From IMG/VR virus record IMGVR_UViG_3300042914_002678: a stretch of 64,000 nucleotides of DNA, one strand, 5' to 3'. Of this stretch, positions 53,275-64,000 are shown piece by piece (within the stretch, counting starts at the first letter, position 1; each line of letters starts with the position of its first letter). Below the pieces are notes generated by a model, which was given only the letters and a program-made list of their open reading frames with translations, ran no database searches and had not been told where the DNA came from. The DNA is from a virus. Its lineage: Duplodnaviria; Caudoviricetes. The position numbers and the translations under genes were made by a program.

Positions 53275-55335
53275 ATGCCATTAGTCAATTTTTCTAATCT
53301 GGATTTTGACCAGATTAAATCTACACTTAAAGATTATTTAAAGTCAAACTCCAATTTCACGGACTATGACTTTGAGGGGTCTAACCTCTCAACAATTCTT
53401 GATGTTTTGGCATACAACACCTATATTACTTCATATAATGCAAACATGGTTGCAAATGAAGTTTTTATTGATAGTGCAACTCTGAGAGAGAATGTTGTAA
53501 GTCTTGCAAGAAATATTGGATACGTACCAAGATCTAGAAAAGCAGCAAGAGCAACGATTAGTTTTTTTGTAGACACAACTAATCTGACTACTGCTCCACC
53601 AGCATCAATTACTCTCCACAAAGGTATTGTTGCAACAACATCTGGTGCTTTTGGTAATCAATCTCTTATATTCTCTATTCTTGAGGACATCACAGTTCCA
53701 GTCTTTAATAATATTGCATCGTTCGATGAAGTAGAAATTCACCAAGGATCTTTACTATCTTCAAACTTTACATATAGTGCAAGAAATGTAAATCAGAGAT
53801 TTGTTCTGCCAAACTCTGGGGTTGATACTGAGTTAATTTCAGTATCAGTTAAAACAAATGAGAATTCAACAAACTCTGTAAAATACTCTCTTCAAGATAG
53901 TCTATTCACAGTTAAGTCTGATTCCAATGTATATTATATCCAAGAGATAGAAGATGAGAGATATGAATTACTTTTTGGTGATGGTGTTTTTGGTAAGAAA
54001 TTAGAAGAAGGAAATTATATTACAGCAAATTATATTGTTTCTGATGGTGATAGTGGAAATGGCGTGAGTCAATTTTCTTTTGCTGGAAGACTAACATATA
54101 CAAGAAACTCAATAACATATCCTATTGAATCGGGAATTTCTTTAGTATCTACAGGTCTCATTTCATCTGGTGGAGAAAACATTGAATCTGTGGATTCAAT
54201 TAAAAAGTATGCTCCAAAGATATATGCATCTCAAAATAGAGCACTAACTGCAGATGATTATGAAAGTCTGATACCAACAAAAATTTACCCAGAAACTGAA
54301 TCAATTTCTGTTTTTGGTGGAGAAGAACTAATACCACCTCAGTATGGAAAAGTATTCATTAGTATCAAGCCAAGGTTTGGTGATTTCCTACCAAACTTAA
54401 TTAAAGAGAATATTAAATTAAAACTCAAAAAATATGCAGTTGCAGGTATAGTGCCTGAAATTTTAGATCTCAAGTATCTTTATCTTGAAGTGAATTCGAA
54501 GATCTATTACAATACTAATTCCGCACCATCTGCAGAAGCAGTTTCTTCAATGGTTCAAAGTAATGCAACTAAGTATGCAGAATCTTCAGAATTAAACAGA
54601 TATGGTGCTAGATTTAAGTATAGTAAATTTTTAAAAATTATTGATGACAGCCACGAATCAGTGACTTCGAATATAACAACTATTCAGATGAGACGTGATC
54701 TTAGAGTTGTTTTAAATTCTTTTGCAGAATATCAAATTGGATTTGGAAATGAATTCCATATTCGCAGTATAAATGGATACAATATTAAAACAACTGCATT
54801 TAGAATATCTGATGTTCAGCAAGATGTATATCTATCAGATGTTCCAAATAGTGATAGAGTGACGGGATCACTTTTCTTCTTCACATTGCCTTCTGAAAAT
54901 TCTACAACTCCAACAATTATAAAAAGAAATGTTGGTAATATTGACTATAAAAGGGGAATAGTGACGATTAATCCTGTCAATATCCAGGCAGGAAAAATAA
55001 AGGATGGTCAAACAATTATTGAGATATCTGCAGTACCTCATTCAAATGATGTAGTCGGATTACAGGATTTATATTTGCAACTAGATATAAGTAACAGCAA
55101 TTTTGAAATGGTGGTGGATAGTATTTCTTCAGGACTAGATCCTTCAGCATCCAATTATATAACTTCTTCTAGTTATGCAAATGGGTCTCTAGTTCGCTCT
55201 ACTGGAGAAATCGGTGCTGTATCAGCAAATGTAGTTGTATCAACTACAACTGGAAGTGCAACAAATCCAAGTACAACCACAGTTACCTCCACAACAGGAG
55301 TAACTAATACATTCACCACTGGGTCATCCTATTAA
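53275..55335 (+). CDS. gp6: Baseplate wedge subunit gp6
   Basis: LDFDQIK..LK.YL...FTDYDFEGSNLS.ILDVLAYNTY...DSATLRENVVSLARNIGY.PRS; QNRALTADDY. Confidence 0.9.
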   Translation: MPLVNFSNLDFDQIKSTLKDYLKSNSNFTDYDFEGSNLSTILDVLAYNTYITSYNANMVANEVFIDSATLRENVVSLARNIGYVPRSRKAARATISFFVDTTNLTTAPPASITLHKGIVATTSGAFGNQSLIFSILEDITVPVFNNIASFDEVEIHQGSLLSSNFTYSARNVNQRFVLPNSGVDTELISVSVKTNENSTNSVKYSLQDSLFTVKSDSNVYYIQEIEDERYELLFGDGVFGKKLEEGNYITANYIVSDGDSGNGVSQFSFAGRLTYTRNSITYPIESGISLVSTGLISSGGENIESVDSIKKYAPKIYASQNRALTADDYESLIPTKIYPETESISVFGGEELIPPQYGKVFISIKPRFGDFLPNLIKENIKLKLKKYAVAGIVPEILDLKYLYLEVNSKIYYNTNSAPSAEAVSSMVQSNATKYAESSELNRYGARFKYSKFLKIIDDSHESVTSNITTIQMRRDLRVVLNSFAEYQIGFGNEFHIRSINGYNIKTTAFRISDVQQDVYLSDVPNSDRVTGSLFFFTLPSENSTTPTIIKRNVGNIDYKRGIVTINPVNIQAGKIKDGQTIIEISAVPHSNDVVGLQDLYLQLDISNSNFEMVVDSISSGLDPSASNYITSSSYANGSLVRSTGEIGAVSANVVVSTTTGSATNPSTTTVTSTTGVTNTFTTGSSY

Positions 55336-55353
55336 TAAAAGTAAGATAGTAAA

Positions 55354-58300
55354 ATGATAGAAAAAAGAATTCAGTTTCAGAACGTTGTTCAGAATCAACT
55401 TCCAGAATATGTAAAGGAAGAGTTTCCATTAATATCTGAATTTTTGAAGCAATATTATCTTGCTCAAGAGTTTCAGGGTGCTCCAGTAGATCTTATTCAG
55501 AATATTGATCAATACATTAAACTAGATGAAACGACAAATCTTACAGGAAGTGTAATATTAAAAACTAACTTAGATTATGCAGATGAAACTATTGAAGTTG
55601 ATTTAATCCAGTCACCATCCGGAACAAATGGGTTTCCAGATTCTTACGGTCTTATCAAAATTAATGATGAGATAATAACATACACTGGTAAAACTTCTAC
55701 ATCTTTTACTGGATGTATTAGAGGATTTTGTGGGATAACTTCTTATGTATCGGAGAGTAATCCAGAACAACTGACCTTTTCTTCATCCAATGCAGATTTA
55801 CACACAGGTAGTGTATATGGAACAAATAGTGAATTAATTACAGAGGGTGATAAAATTGAAAATTTAAGTAATCTTTTCTTAAATGAATTTCTTAAAAAGA
55901 CAAAGAATCAAATATTACCAGGATTTGGTAATAGAAATTTAGATAAAGATCTGGATCAGAATCTCTTTATTAAACAATCCAAAGATTTTTATTCTAGCAA
56001 GGGAACAGATCGTTCTTTTGAAATTCTATTCAAAGCATTATATAATGAAAATGTAGAGATTGTAAGACCGAGTAATTATCTCTTTACCCCGTCAAATGCA
56101 AATTATAGAATAACTAATGACCTAGTTGTAGAAAGCATTTCTGGCGATCCAACTCAGTTGGAAAATTCATTTTTATTCCAAGATGAATATGGTTCATCTT
56201 TCTCCAAAGCATATGCTCCTATTACTAATATTGAAAAAATAGATTCTGGCGTAGGAAAGACTTTTTATAAACTCAGTTATGATGCTGGATATAACAGAGA
56301 TATTATTGTAGATGGATCATTATATGGTGGATTTAAGGTACACCCCAAAACAAGAATAATCGGTAGAGTATCTGCAGGTGCAACAGTACTTGATGTAGAC
56401 TCTACTGTAGGATTTGGAACATCTGGAGAACTTACTGTAAAGTATAACGATAGAACCACAGGTACAATATCGTATACGTCAAAGTCTCTTACACAGTTCT
56501 ATGGATGCTCTGGAATAAGCAAATCAATTCTAGATGCGGAAGAAGTTGGAATTAATACTTATGCTTATGGAAGGTATTATACTTTCGAAAATGTTGGGTC
56601 ATCATCAACGGTAAGAACGGAAAATATTGTCACTCTGAGAATTAATTCAGTTCTTTCGAATTTTGAATACGAAGAAAAGTCTAATTATTATACACCAAAA
56701 GATACATCTATTATAAAAACTTTAGGTTCTTCTGCTAAAGATTTTATATCTAAAAATTGGTTCTATAATGTTTCTTCTATTCATGAAGTTACAAAAAATG
56801 GATTAGTACTATTGAATGTCGCAGACAACACTTATGGCATAACTTTAAAAACTGAACACTATTTTAGAGAAGGTGATATTATTTCTATCATTGAAGGTGA
56901 TGTTGAAAGAGAAACTGCAGTAATTAAAACAGTAACATCTAAAACTTCTTTCCAAGCATCTCTGGGAAGCAGATTTACTTTATCGGCTACTCAAGATTAT
57001 AAAGTAAAAAGAAGAATACTGAAAGCACAATCAAATACTTTTAAATTAACCAACTACTCATCTAACGTTCAAAACGTATATACAAGTCTTCCAAGCACAG
57101 GAGATAAAGCCACTAAGATTTTAGTATCTTCTCCATCTCTACCATATTACAATGGGCAACCAACAGATGTTTCTGATAGATCTGTTGTTTTCTCTGGAAC
57201 ATTTTCTGCAAACAGCAATGGAACACAATTCACCATAAGAAATCATAATTTCTACACTGGAGATGCGGTCTATTATATTCCAGAAAAAGTAGATACTCAA
57301 TACACCAATCTTTCGGGAATAAGTAGTGCAGGTCTTACTGTAAATTCGAGTATATTCAATGATGATAATTTTGTCATTACTGGAATAGTTAACGGAGAGG
57401 AAGTTTTTAATAGAGTTCCTGAGAATGAAAGACTGTATTTTATTAAAAAAATTGATAGAGATACAATTAAGCTTGCTAGAAGCAGAGATGACATTTTTAA
57501 TTCAAAATTCATTGATATAAAAAATAATAAGACAGTAACTAATAATAAATTTGTACCTTACAATTTCAAATTAAAAACTTTAGAACCACAAAAAATACTC
57601 AGAGAAGTCTCAGAACCAATTGTTGATGGCAAATTTTACGAAACAGAACCAGGTTTTAATGGAATCCTAATAAATGGTGTAGAAATTTTAAATTATAAAT
57701 CAACTGATCTTGTAAAATATGGAAAAATTGAAGAGGTTGAAGTAGTTTCTCCTGGAACTGATTATGATATTATTAATCCCCCAGTAATTGATATCAATGA
57801 CCGTGTTGGTACTGGTGCAACTGGATATGTTGCAGTTTCTGGATCCCTTGATGAAATAAGAATTATTAATCCTGGATTTGATTTTAAAGAAATTCCTGAT
57901 GTAAACATAACTGGTGGCAATGGAACTGGTGCTCTAGTTTCAGTTAATATGAAACTCATTGAGCATTCATTGGATTTCTTCTCGGATGCTGGATCTGCAA
58001 GAATTTCAATAGGAGCATCTAATTCTACAATTGGATTTACAACATATCATAGATTTAGAAATGCTGAAAGAGTAATATACTTAACAGATGGACAATCTGC
58101 AGTTGGTGGAATCGCCACAGGTGCTTCTTATTATGTTTCTGTTGTCAATCAATCAACAGTAAAACTACATCAAACACAATCTGATGCTATATCTGGTATA
58201 AACACAGTAACACTAACATCATTTGGTGTTGGAAAACATCACTTAAAATCCTTTAACAATAAATCAATACTTGAATCAATTAATGTAATTGATGGTGGTT

Positions 58301-61300
58301 CTGGATATGCAAACAAGCAAAGATCTGTAAGTTCATCTTCGGGAATAAGCACATCTCTTGGACAAATAACCATAAGAAATCACGGTTACAACTCTGGAGA
58401 AATTTTAAGATATGTTGGAGTATTAACCAGTACAGATTCTCCTATTGGTGGAATATCAACAAATACTGATTACTACGTAACAAAGGTTGATAGTGATACA
58501 TTTAAGCTATCTTCTGTTGGTTTAGCAACCGATAATATTGACTTTAACTATCGCACAAAACAATATGTAAAACTAACTTCGGTTGGTAGCGGAATTCATT
58601 TATTCAATTATCCACCAATATCTGTAACAATTTCTGGAGGAGAACAGGTTCCAGCAGTCATCCAACCTATTTTTAGAGGAAGTATTGATTCTATACATCT
58701 AACAAATAATGGAGTTGGTTATGGTTCTTCAGAGATTATTAACCTCGATAGACAACCAGTAATAACTCTAAAGAGTGGAAAAAATGCTCAGTTATATCCA
58801 ATAGTTAATAATGGAAAAATAACAGAAGTATTAGTATCAAATTCTGGAGTACAATATAATTCTCCACCAGACTTAATTATTGAAGGTGATGGAATTGGAG
58901 CTGTAGTAACCCCTGTGATGAATGGTTCTACACTAGAGTCCGTCAAAGTTATCGAAAGTGGTGCTGGATATACTCAGTCTAGAACTACTATTAGAGTATC
59001 TTTTTCAGGTAACGGAGCATCGTTTAAAGCAAAAATTCAAACTTGGAGAGTAAATCTATTCCAAAAGTACTTTAACACTTTTACAAATGATGATGGAATT
59101 ATACATGAAGGTATTAGTGGAAATTACGGATTACAATATTCGCATTTGTATGTCCCAAGAAAACTGAGAGAAACCGTTTATTCAGTAGATCAGGATGGAC
59201 AAATTCTCTATGGACAAAAAGATTTACCATTCATCAATAATAAAGAGTCTTCCCCAATAAACCATTCTCCAATAATTGGTTGGGCATATGATGGTCACCC
59301 AATATACGGACCATATGGATATGTAACAAAATCGGGCGGTATCGTATCTCAAATGAAGTCCGGTTACGTTGAAGAATCTTCTAAAAAAGAAAATAGACCA
59401 CCAATTGGAGATGGAGAGGGGCAATTCCCTGCAGGTTTCTTCGTTGAGGATTTTACATATAAAAAGTCGATAGATGAAACTGTTCTAGACGAAAATAATG
59501 GAAGATTCTGTGTAACTCCAGAATTTCCAAAAGGCACTTATGCATATTTTGCAACTGTTAATTCCTTATCTGTAGATGCTTCCCCACCTTTCCTAAACTA
59601 TAAGAGACCAACTTTTCCATATTTAATCGGTAATAGTTTTAGAGGAGTTCCTAATAAGTTCAATTACAGATATGATTCCAACCAAGACAATTATGATCTA
59701 AACTCAAATAAGTGGTTTAGAAATACCGATCCATATAATTTACTCGGTATAAACTATGATTATGATTATATTTCTCTACCAAATAAGTTAACCCAAACTG
59801 TAGACGTAACTGCAGTATCTCCGGGATTTGTAGATACTGTGGGAATAGTTACTGGTGGAAATAATTATAAGATTAATGACAATGTAGTTTTTAATAATAC
59901 TGGAACTGAAGGTGATGGTGCTATTGCAAGAGTAAGTAGAATACTCGGAAAACCCGTTACTAGTGTTAGTGTAGCAACTACAACTATTTTTAATGTAAGT
60001 ATAGTTCCTTCAGACAATAAGGGAAATTATACAGTCATTTGCGATAATCCACATAACTTTGAAAAGTTTGATACTGTAAATGTTCTTGGATTGTCAACAA
60101 CTTCTTCCAAGATAGAAGGCACATATAGAATTGGTATCGGTTCTACAGCACTATTCTCTGTCATAGGACTTGGTACAACATCTCCTGGCATTGCAACAGT
60201 TGGTGCAACTGGAGTGGTTACTTATTTTAGCGTATCTGGAAGATTTGATAATGTTAGAGAGAATGATATACTTGGAATTGGAACAGAAAAAATAAAGGTA
60301 CTTAATGTTGAACCTAGATTCTCTAGAATAAGGGTTTTAAGGGCAGTTGATGGTACTGTTGGATCTTCACATTCAGAAACAACAGTAATTTATGATGACC
60401 CAAGAAGGTTTACAATTAATGCAGGGTTCAGTACAACATACAACTATAAAGAAAATAGACAAATATATTTTAATCCAATAGAATCTGTTGGATTGGGAAC
60501 TCTTGCTGGAGTTGGTATTGGAACTACAATCTCTCTGGCAAATCCAGGAACAGGTATAACTCAGATTTTCATTCCAACAAAATCAATTTATATCAAAAAC
60601 CATAATCTCAATACAGGAGATCAAGTAACTTATTCTGCAAACAATGGTAGTGGTCTCATTGTATTGGAATCTGGTGGAGTTGGTATTGGAACAACTCTAG
60701 CAGATCAGCAAACTTTATTTGTTGCAAAACTCAGTGAAGATTTGATTGGTCTGGCAACAGTTAGAGTTGGATTAGGAACGACTGGAACATTTGTTGGAAT
60801 TGCAAGCACACTAAGATCATCCACAACACTGTTCTTTACTGGTGTTGGTACTGGGGTATATCATAGCCTTAAGACAAATTATTCAGTTATAACTGGAGAG
60901 GTTAATAGAAACATTGTTACAGTTTCTACCGCTCAAACACACGGATTAACAACCGGTCATGATGTTTTTGTGGATATAAATCCTTCGATAGCATCTACAT
61001 TTACTGTCAAATATAATGACTTTAATAGAAGAGTGATAATAAATCCACAATCATTCGATGCGACTGGAATTAATACATTAACAAATTCAATAACAATTAA
61101 CAATCACGGATTTAAAACAGGACAAAAAGTTCTACACACATCATCTGCACCAGCTGGTGGTCTAGTAAATCAGAACGAATATTTTGTTGTAAAGGTTGAT
61201 AACAACAATTTTAAACTGTCCACAAGTTATTATAATTCAACTCAACTAAAACCATCAATCGTTGGCATTTCTAGCACATCTTTTGGTGTTATCTCTCCAG

Positions 61301-64000
61301 TCAATCCACCAATAGAAGTTTATAGAGATTCTACTGTAACTTTTGACTTAACAGATTCTTCACTATCATATCCAAATCAAGGAACAATTTATCCAGCTTT
61401 TGAACTGAATTTTTATCTAGATGAAAACTTTACTAGAAGATATGATAAGAATTTTGATAGTTCCACATTTGAAGTTCAAAAAACTGGCACTGTTGGTGTA
61501 GATACTTTTGCGAAAGTAACGTTATCCGTTAATAGCGATACTCCTTCAGTTTTATATTATAGATTAGAACCACTGTCAGATGCACCATCAGTCAAACAGC
61601 AAGTATGCATTGATGATGAAGTATTGTTCAACAATAGAATTATACCTAAGGTTAGTGTTTATAATGGAAAACATAACATTACCATTGCTTCCACAAATTC
61701 ATTCACATACACATTAAAAGACTATCCTGAGCAGGGTTCTTATATTTCAACAACCTCTTCTGCGGTTCTTAGATATGAAACTGATTGTGTACACGCATAT
61801 GGTCCTATTACTGAAATTGAAATAAAGAATGGTGGAAGAAACTATTATTCTCTTCCAGGAATTTCATCAGTTAATAGTGGAATTGGATCTGGAGCTATTC
61901 TAGAAGTTTCTAGTAAGTCTATCGGCAAAATTAAGAACCTAAAGATTAAAAATATCGGTTTTGATTTTCCATCAGATAACACTTTAAGACCAAGCACGGC
62001 TCTTCCACAGATTGTAAAAATTGATCCTCTTTCTTCATTTGAATCGGTTGGTGTAACTTCATTTGGAAAGGGATATACTTCACCACCAAAACTATTAGTA
62101 TTTGATGGAAAAACTAAAGAACTAATGTCCGATGTTGATTTGAAGTATACTCTTGGTAATAATCAACTAACAATATTAAAGAATACATACGGAATCAACA
62201 AAGTAAAACCAACAATTCTACCTATCCAAAATTCCAATGGGGTGGGGATTGGTAGCATCCGTTATAATTCTGCGACAAAGGATGTTGCGGTAACTCTTGC
62301 CGTTGGATTTAGCACCGCAGATTCATTCCCATTTGCTGTTGGTGATAGGGTATTAATTGAAAATGTTAGTGTTGGCGTCGGATCAACCGGTAAAGGTTTC
62401 AACTCAGAAAATTATAATTACAATTTATTCGTTCTTACTTCTGTAGATGAAAATAGAGGAGGAATAGGATCGGTAACATACAGCTTATCTGGATTCGTTA
62501 ATGATGGTGAAATAGTTGGATTATTCAACGATGCAAAATCATCTGGACGTATTATTCCGGAAAAACATTTCCCAATATTTAATCCAGTATTAAAAACTAA
62601 TAATTACTCTGTTGGAGAAACTGTAAGGTCACTATCATCATCTTTCACCGGAAAGGTTGAAAGTTGGGATCCAAAAAATACAATCTTAAAAGTTTCATCA
62701 AAAGAAACATTTAAGAGAGGAGAAATACTGGAAGGTTTATCATCAAAAACTCAAGGTATAGGTTCTTCAGTATCAAACTTCGATTCGCACTTAGATTATT
62801 CTGCAGAATCTAAAGTTTTTGGTGGATGGCAAAATAATTCTGGATTCCTAAATGATAACTTACAGAGAGTTCAAGATAGTTTCTACTATCAGAATTTCTC
62901 ATATTCACTAAAATCAAGAGTAGATTATGACACTTGGAATGAAGTTGTTGGTTCTCTAAACCACACTCTAGGATTTAAAAAATTCTCCGACTATCAATTA
63001 GAATCGTTACCACGGAATTCTGGTTCTGTTGGTTTATCTACAGACATTGGATATTTTGAAGTTATTAGTGATTTAGTTGGATTCGGAAATTTGAACTGCG
63101 TATATGACTTTGATAACGTCAGAGAAAATTCAATCAACATTAATGGCAAAACTGTGTCTGATGAAATTATATTTGCGAATAGAATATTGACAGATTATGA
63201 AGAATCTGTAGGAAACCGTGTTCTATCGATTGATGATTTGTCCTCCCAGTTTAACAGTAATCCAAGATCAACAGCATTTAGTGTTGTCAATACGTTTAAT
63301 CTTTCTGATATAAGAGCTCAAAAATATATTACTTTTGTCACTGACAAGAGATTTACGGCTCAAAGACAATTATTGCTGGTAGATTTAATTCACGATGGTT
63401 CATTTGCATATATCAACCAATATGGAAGAATAGAAACTCAGTATGATCAAGGTTCATTTGATTTTTCAATATCAGGAACTGAAGGGCAATTACTGTTCTA
63501 TCCTGTAAAATCTTCTGTCAATGATTACAATATTACCTGCCTCTCTTATAATCTTGATGATAATTTATTGAGTACTGGATCAACTAGTATTGGCAACATT
63601 GCTATTGTAGATACTGATAGTATTGCTCTTAGGGCTGGAGTTTCTACAACTATTGTTTCTATAGCAAATACTTATAGTTCACTTAAAGTTCTTGTTCAGA
63701 TCACTCCTGATATTAACTATAATGAATTTGAATTTGAAGAGCTTAATATTGTTCATGATGGAACAAACATTGAATTGCTAGAGTATGGTCAACTGACAAC
63801 TGTTCAAACTCCATTTGCTGCACCTGGACTTGGAACATATTATCCATATTACAGTGGTTCCAACGTAAATGTAGACTTCATACCATCTGCTGGAGTTGGT
63901 GTTGGAACGACTGGTGTAATAAACACCATCCTTGTTGGTATTGCAAACTCAGATTACAGTGGAATTGGAACTGTTAATATGAGACATGCAAGACTTGAAG
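55354..64000 (+). CDS. Giant gp7-like baseplate wedge initiator (over 2880 aa, 3' end beyond the window), with an internal YHYH-like segment at about 59263-59550
   Basis: Absent from the ORF track because there is no stop in the window. Starts MIEKRIQFQNVVQNQLPEYVKEEFP. Spot checks at 57001, 59221, 59461 and 63961 are all open in the same frame. Follows gp25-gp6. Confidence 0.8.
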   Translation, partial: MIEKRIQFQNVVQNQLPEYVKEEFPLISEFLKQYYLAQEFQGAPVDLIQNIDQYIKLDETTNLTGSVILKTNLDYADETIEVDLIQSPSGTNGFPDSYGLIKINDEIITYTGKTSTSFTGCIRGFCGITSYVSESNPEQLTFSSSNADLHTGSVYGTNSELITEGDKIENLSNLFLNEFLKKTKNQILPGFGNRNLDKDLDQNLFIKQSKDFYSSKGTDRSFEILFKALYNENVEIVRPSNYLFTPSNANYRITNDLVVESISGDPTQLENSFLFQDEYGSSFSKAYAPITNIEKIDSGVGKTFYKLSYDAGYNRDIIVDGSLYGGFKVHPKTRIIGRVSAGATVLDVDSTVGFGTSGELTVKYNDRTTGTISYTSKSLTQFYGCSGISKSILDAEEVGINTYAYGRYYTFENVGSSSTVRTENIVTLRINSVLSNFEYEEKSNYYTPKDTSIIKTLGSSAKDFISKNWFYNVSSIHEVTKNGLVLLNVADNTYGITLKTEHYFREGDIISIIEGDVERETAVIKTVTSKTSFQASLGSRFTLSATQDYKVKRRILKAQSNTFKLTNYSSNVQNVYTSLPSTGDKATKILVSSPSLPYYNGQPTDVSDRSVVFSGTFSANSNGTQFTIRNHNFYTGDAVYYIPEKVDTQYTNLSGISSAGLTVNSSIFNDDNFVITGIVNGEEVFNRVPENERLYFIKKIDRDTIKLARSRDDIFNSKFIDIKNNKTVTNNKFVPYNFKLKTLEPQKILREVSEPIVDGKFYETEPGFNGILINGVEILNYKSTDLVKYGKIEEVEVVSPGTDYDIINPPVIDINDRVGTGATGYVAVSGSLDEIRIINPGFDFKEIPDVNITGGNGTGALVSVNMKLIEHSLDFFSDAGSARISIGASNSTIGFTTYHRFRNAERVIYLTDGQSAVGGIATGASYYVSVVNQSTVKLHQTQSDAISGINTVTLTSFGVGKHHLKSFNNKSILESINVIDGGSGYANKQRSVSSSSGISTSLGQITIRNHGYNSGEILRYVGVLTSTDSPIGGISTNTDYYVTKVDSDTFKLSSVGLATDNIDFNYRTKQYVKLTSVGSGIHLFNYPPISVTISGGEQVPAVIQPIFRGSIDSIHLTNNGVGYGSSEIINLDRQPVITLKSGKNAQLYPIVNNGKITEVLVSNSGVQYNSPPDLIIEGDGIGAVVTPVMNGSTLESVKVIESGAGYTQSRTTIRVSFSGNGASFKAKIQTWRVNLFQKYFNTFTNDDGIIHEGISGNYGLQYSHLYVPRKLRETVYSVDQDGQILYGQKDLPFINNKESSPINHSPIIGWAYDGHPIYGPYGYVTKSGGIVSQMKSGYVEESSKKENRPPIGDGEGQFPAGFFVEDFTYKKSIDETVLDENNGRFCVTPEFPKGTYAYFATVNSLSVDASPPFLNYKRPTFPYLIGNSFRGVPNKFNYRYDSNQDNYDLNSNKWFRNTDPYNLLGINYDYDYISLPNKLTQTVDVTAVSPGFVDTVGIVTGGNNYKINDNVVFNNTGTEGDGAIARVSRILGKPVTSVSVATTTIFNVSIVPSDNKGNYTVICDNPHNFEKFDTVNVLGLSTTSSKIEGTYRIGIGSTALFSVIGLGTTSPGIATVGATGVVTYFSVSGRFDNVRENDILGIGTEKIKVLNVEPRFSRIRVLRAVDGTVGSSHSETTVIYDDPRRFTINAGFSTTYNYKENRQIYFNPIESVGLGTLAGVGIGTTISLANPGTGITQIFIPTKSIYIKNHNLNTGDQVTYSANNGSGLIVLESGGVGIGTTLADQQTLFVAKLSEDLIGLATVRVGLGTTGTFVGIASTLRSSTTLFFTGVGTGVYHSLKTNYSVITGEVNRNIVTVSTAQTHGLTTGHDVFVDINPSIASTFTVKYNDFNRRVIINPQSFDATGINTLTNSITINNHGFKTGQKVLHTSSAPAGGLVNQNEYFVVKVDNNNFKLSTSYYNSTQLKPSIVGISSTSFGVISPVNPPIEVYRDSTVTFDLTDSSLSYPNQGTIYPAFELNFYLDENFTRRYDKNFDSSTFEVQKTGTVGVDTFAKVTLSVNSDTPSVLYYRLEPLSDAPSVKQQVCIDDEVLFNNRIIPKVSVYNGKHNITIASTNSFTYTLKDYPEQGSYISTTSSAVLRYETDCVHAYGPITEIEIKNGGRNYYSLPGISSVNSGIGSGAILEVSSKSIGKIKNLKIKNIGFDFPSDNTLRPSTALPQIVKIDPLSSFESVGVTSFGKGYTSPPKLLVFDGKTKELMSDVDLKYTLGNNQLTILKNTYGINKVKPTILPIQNSNGVGIGSIRYNSATKDVAVTLAVGFSTADSFPFAVGDRVLIENVSVGVGSTGKGFNSENYNYNLFVLTSVDENRGGIGSVTYSLSGFVNDGEIVGLFNDAKSSGRIIPEKHFPIFNPVLKTNNYSVGETVRSLSSSFTGKVESWDPKNTILKVSSKETFKRGEILEGLSSKTQGIGSSVSNFDSHLDYSAESKVFGGWQNNSGFLNDNLQRVQDSFYYQNFSYSLKSRVDYDTWNEVVGSLNHTLGFKKFSDYQLESLPRNSGSVGLSTDIGYFEVISDLVGFGNLNCVYDFDNVRENSININGKTVSDEIIFANRILTDYEESVGNRVLSIDDLSSQFNSNPRSTAFSVVNTFNLSDIRAQKYITFVTDKRFTAQRQLLLVDLIHDGSFAYINQYGRIETQYDQGSFDFSISGTEGQLLFYPVKSSVNDYNITCLSYNLDDNLLSTGSTSIGNIAIVDTDSIALRAGVSTTIVSIANTYSSLKVLVQITPDINYNEFEFEELNIVHDGTNIELLEYGQLTTVQTPFAAPGLGTYYPYYSGSNVNVDFIPSAGVGVGTTGVINTILVGIANSDYSGIGTVNMRHARLE

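Noticed and set aside
1-64000. tRNA, rRNA, group I intron, integrase, reverse transcriptase/DGR and photosynthesis genes
   Set aside because: No cloverleaf, T-loop or enzyme motifs were recognised by eye; tRNAscan-SE and Infernal should still be run.

Overview
This window is a 64-kb segment of a large T4-like cyanophage (cyanomyovirus-type) genome, and essentially all real genes lie on the + strand. Left (77-12196): a late structural block with two very long tail-fibre-like proteins (the first ends in an S74-type intramolecular chaperone), a Gly/Cys-rich adhesin-like protein and a small CxxC protein. Middle (about 12.3-50.3 kb): a hypervariable early-type island of about 100 small ORFs. It also holds two paralogous DEAH helicases, an HNH nuclease, three free-standing GIY-YIG endonucleases, a ParB/DGQH-like gene coupled to a Dam methylase, a putative endonuclease plus beta-class methylase pair and a MutH/Sau3AI-like nuclease. 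Right (50.7-64 kb): a conserved core with a glycosyltransferase-like gene, gp25, gp6 and a giant gp7-like baseplate ORF that runs off the window. Two pieces of non-coding structure stand out. First, a roughly 38-bp GATC-containing direct repeat occurs 14 times between 34390 and 49421 and sits tightly at gene junctions, cutting the island into cassette-like modules. Second, each GIY-YIG gene is preceded by the same layout: late promoter, hairpin, terminator, second late promoter. In each case the hairpin loop is complementary to that gene's own mRNA leader, which suggests cognate antisense sRNAs. No database searches could be run, so family calls rest on motif recognition.
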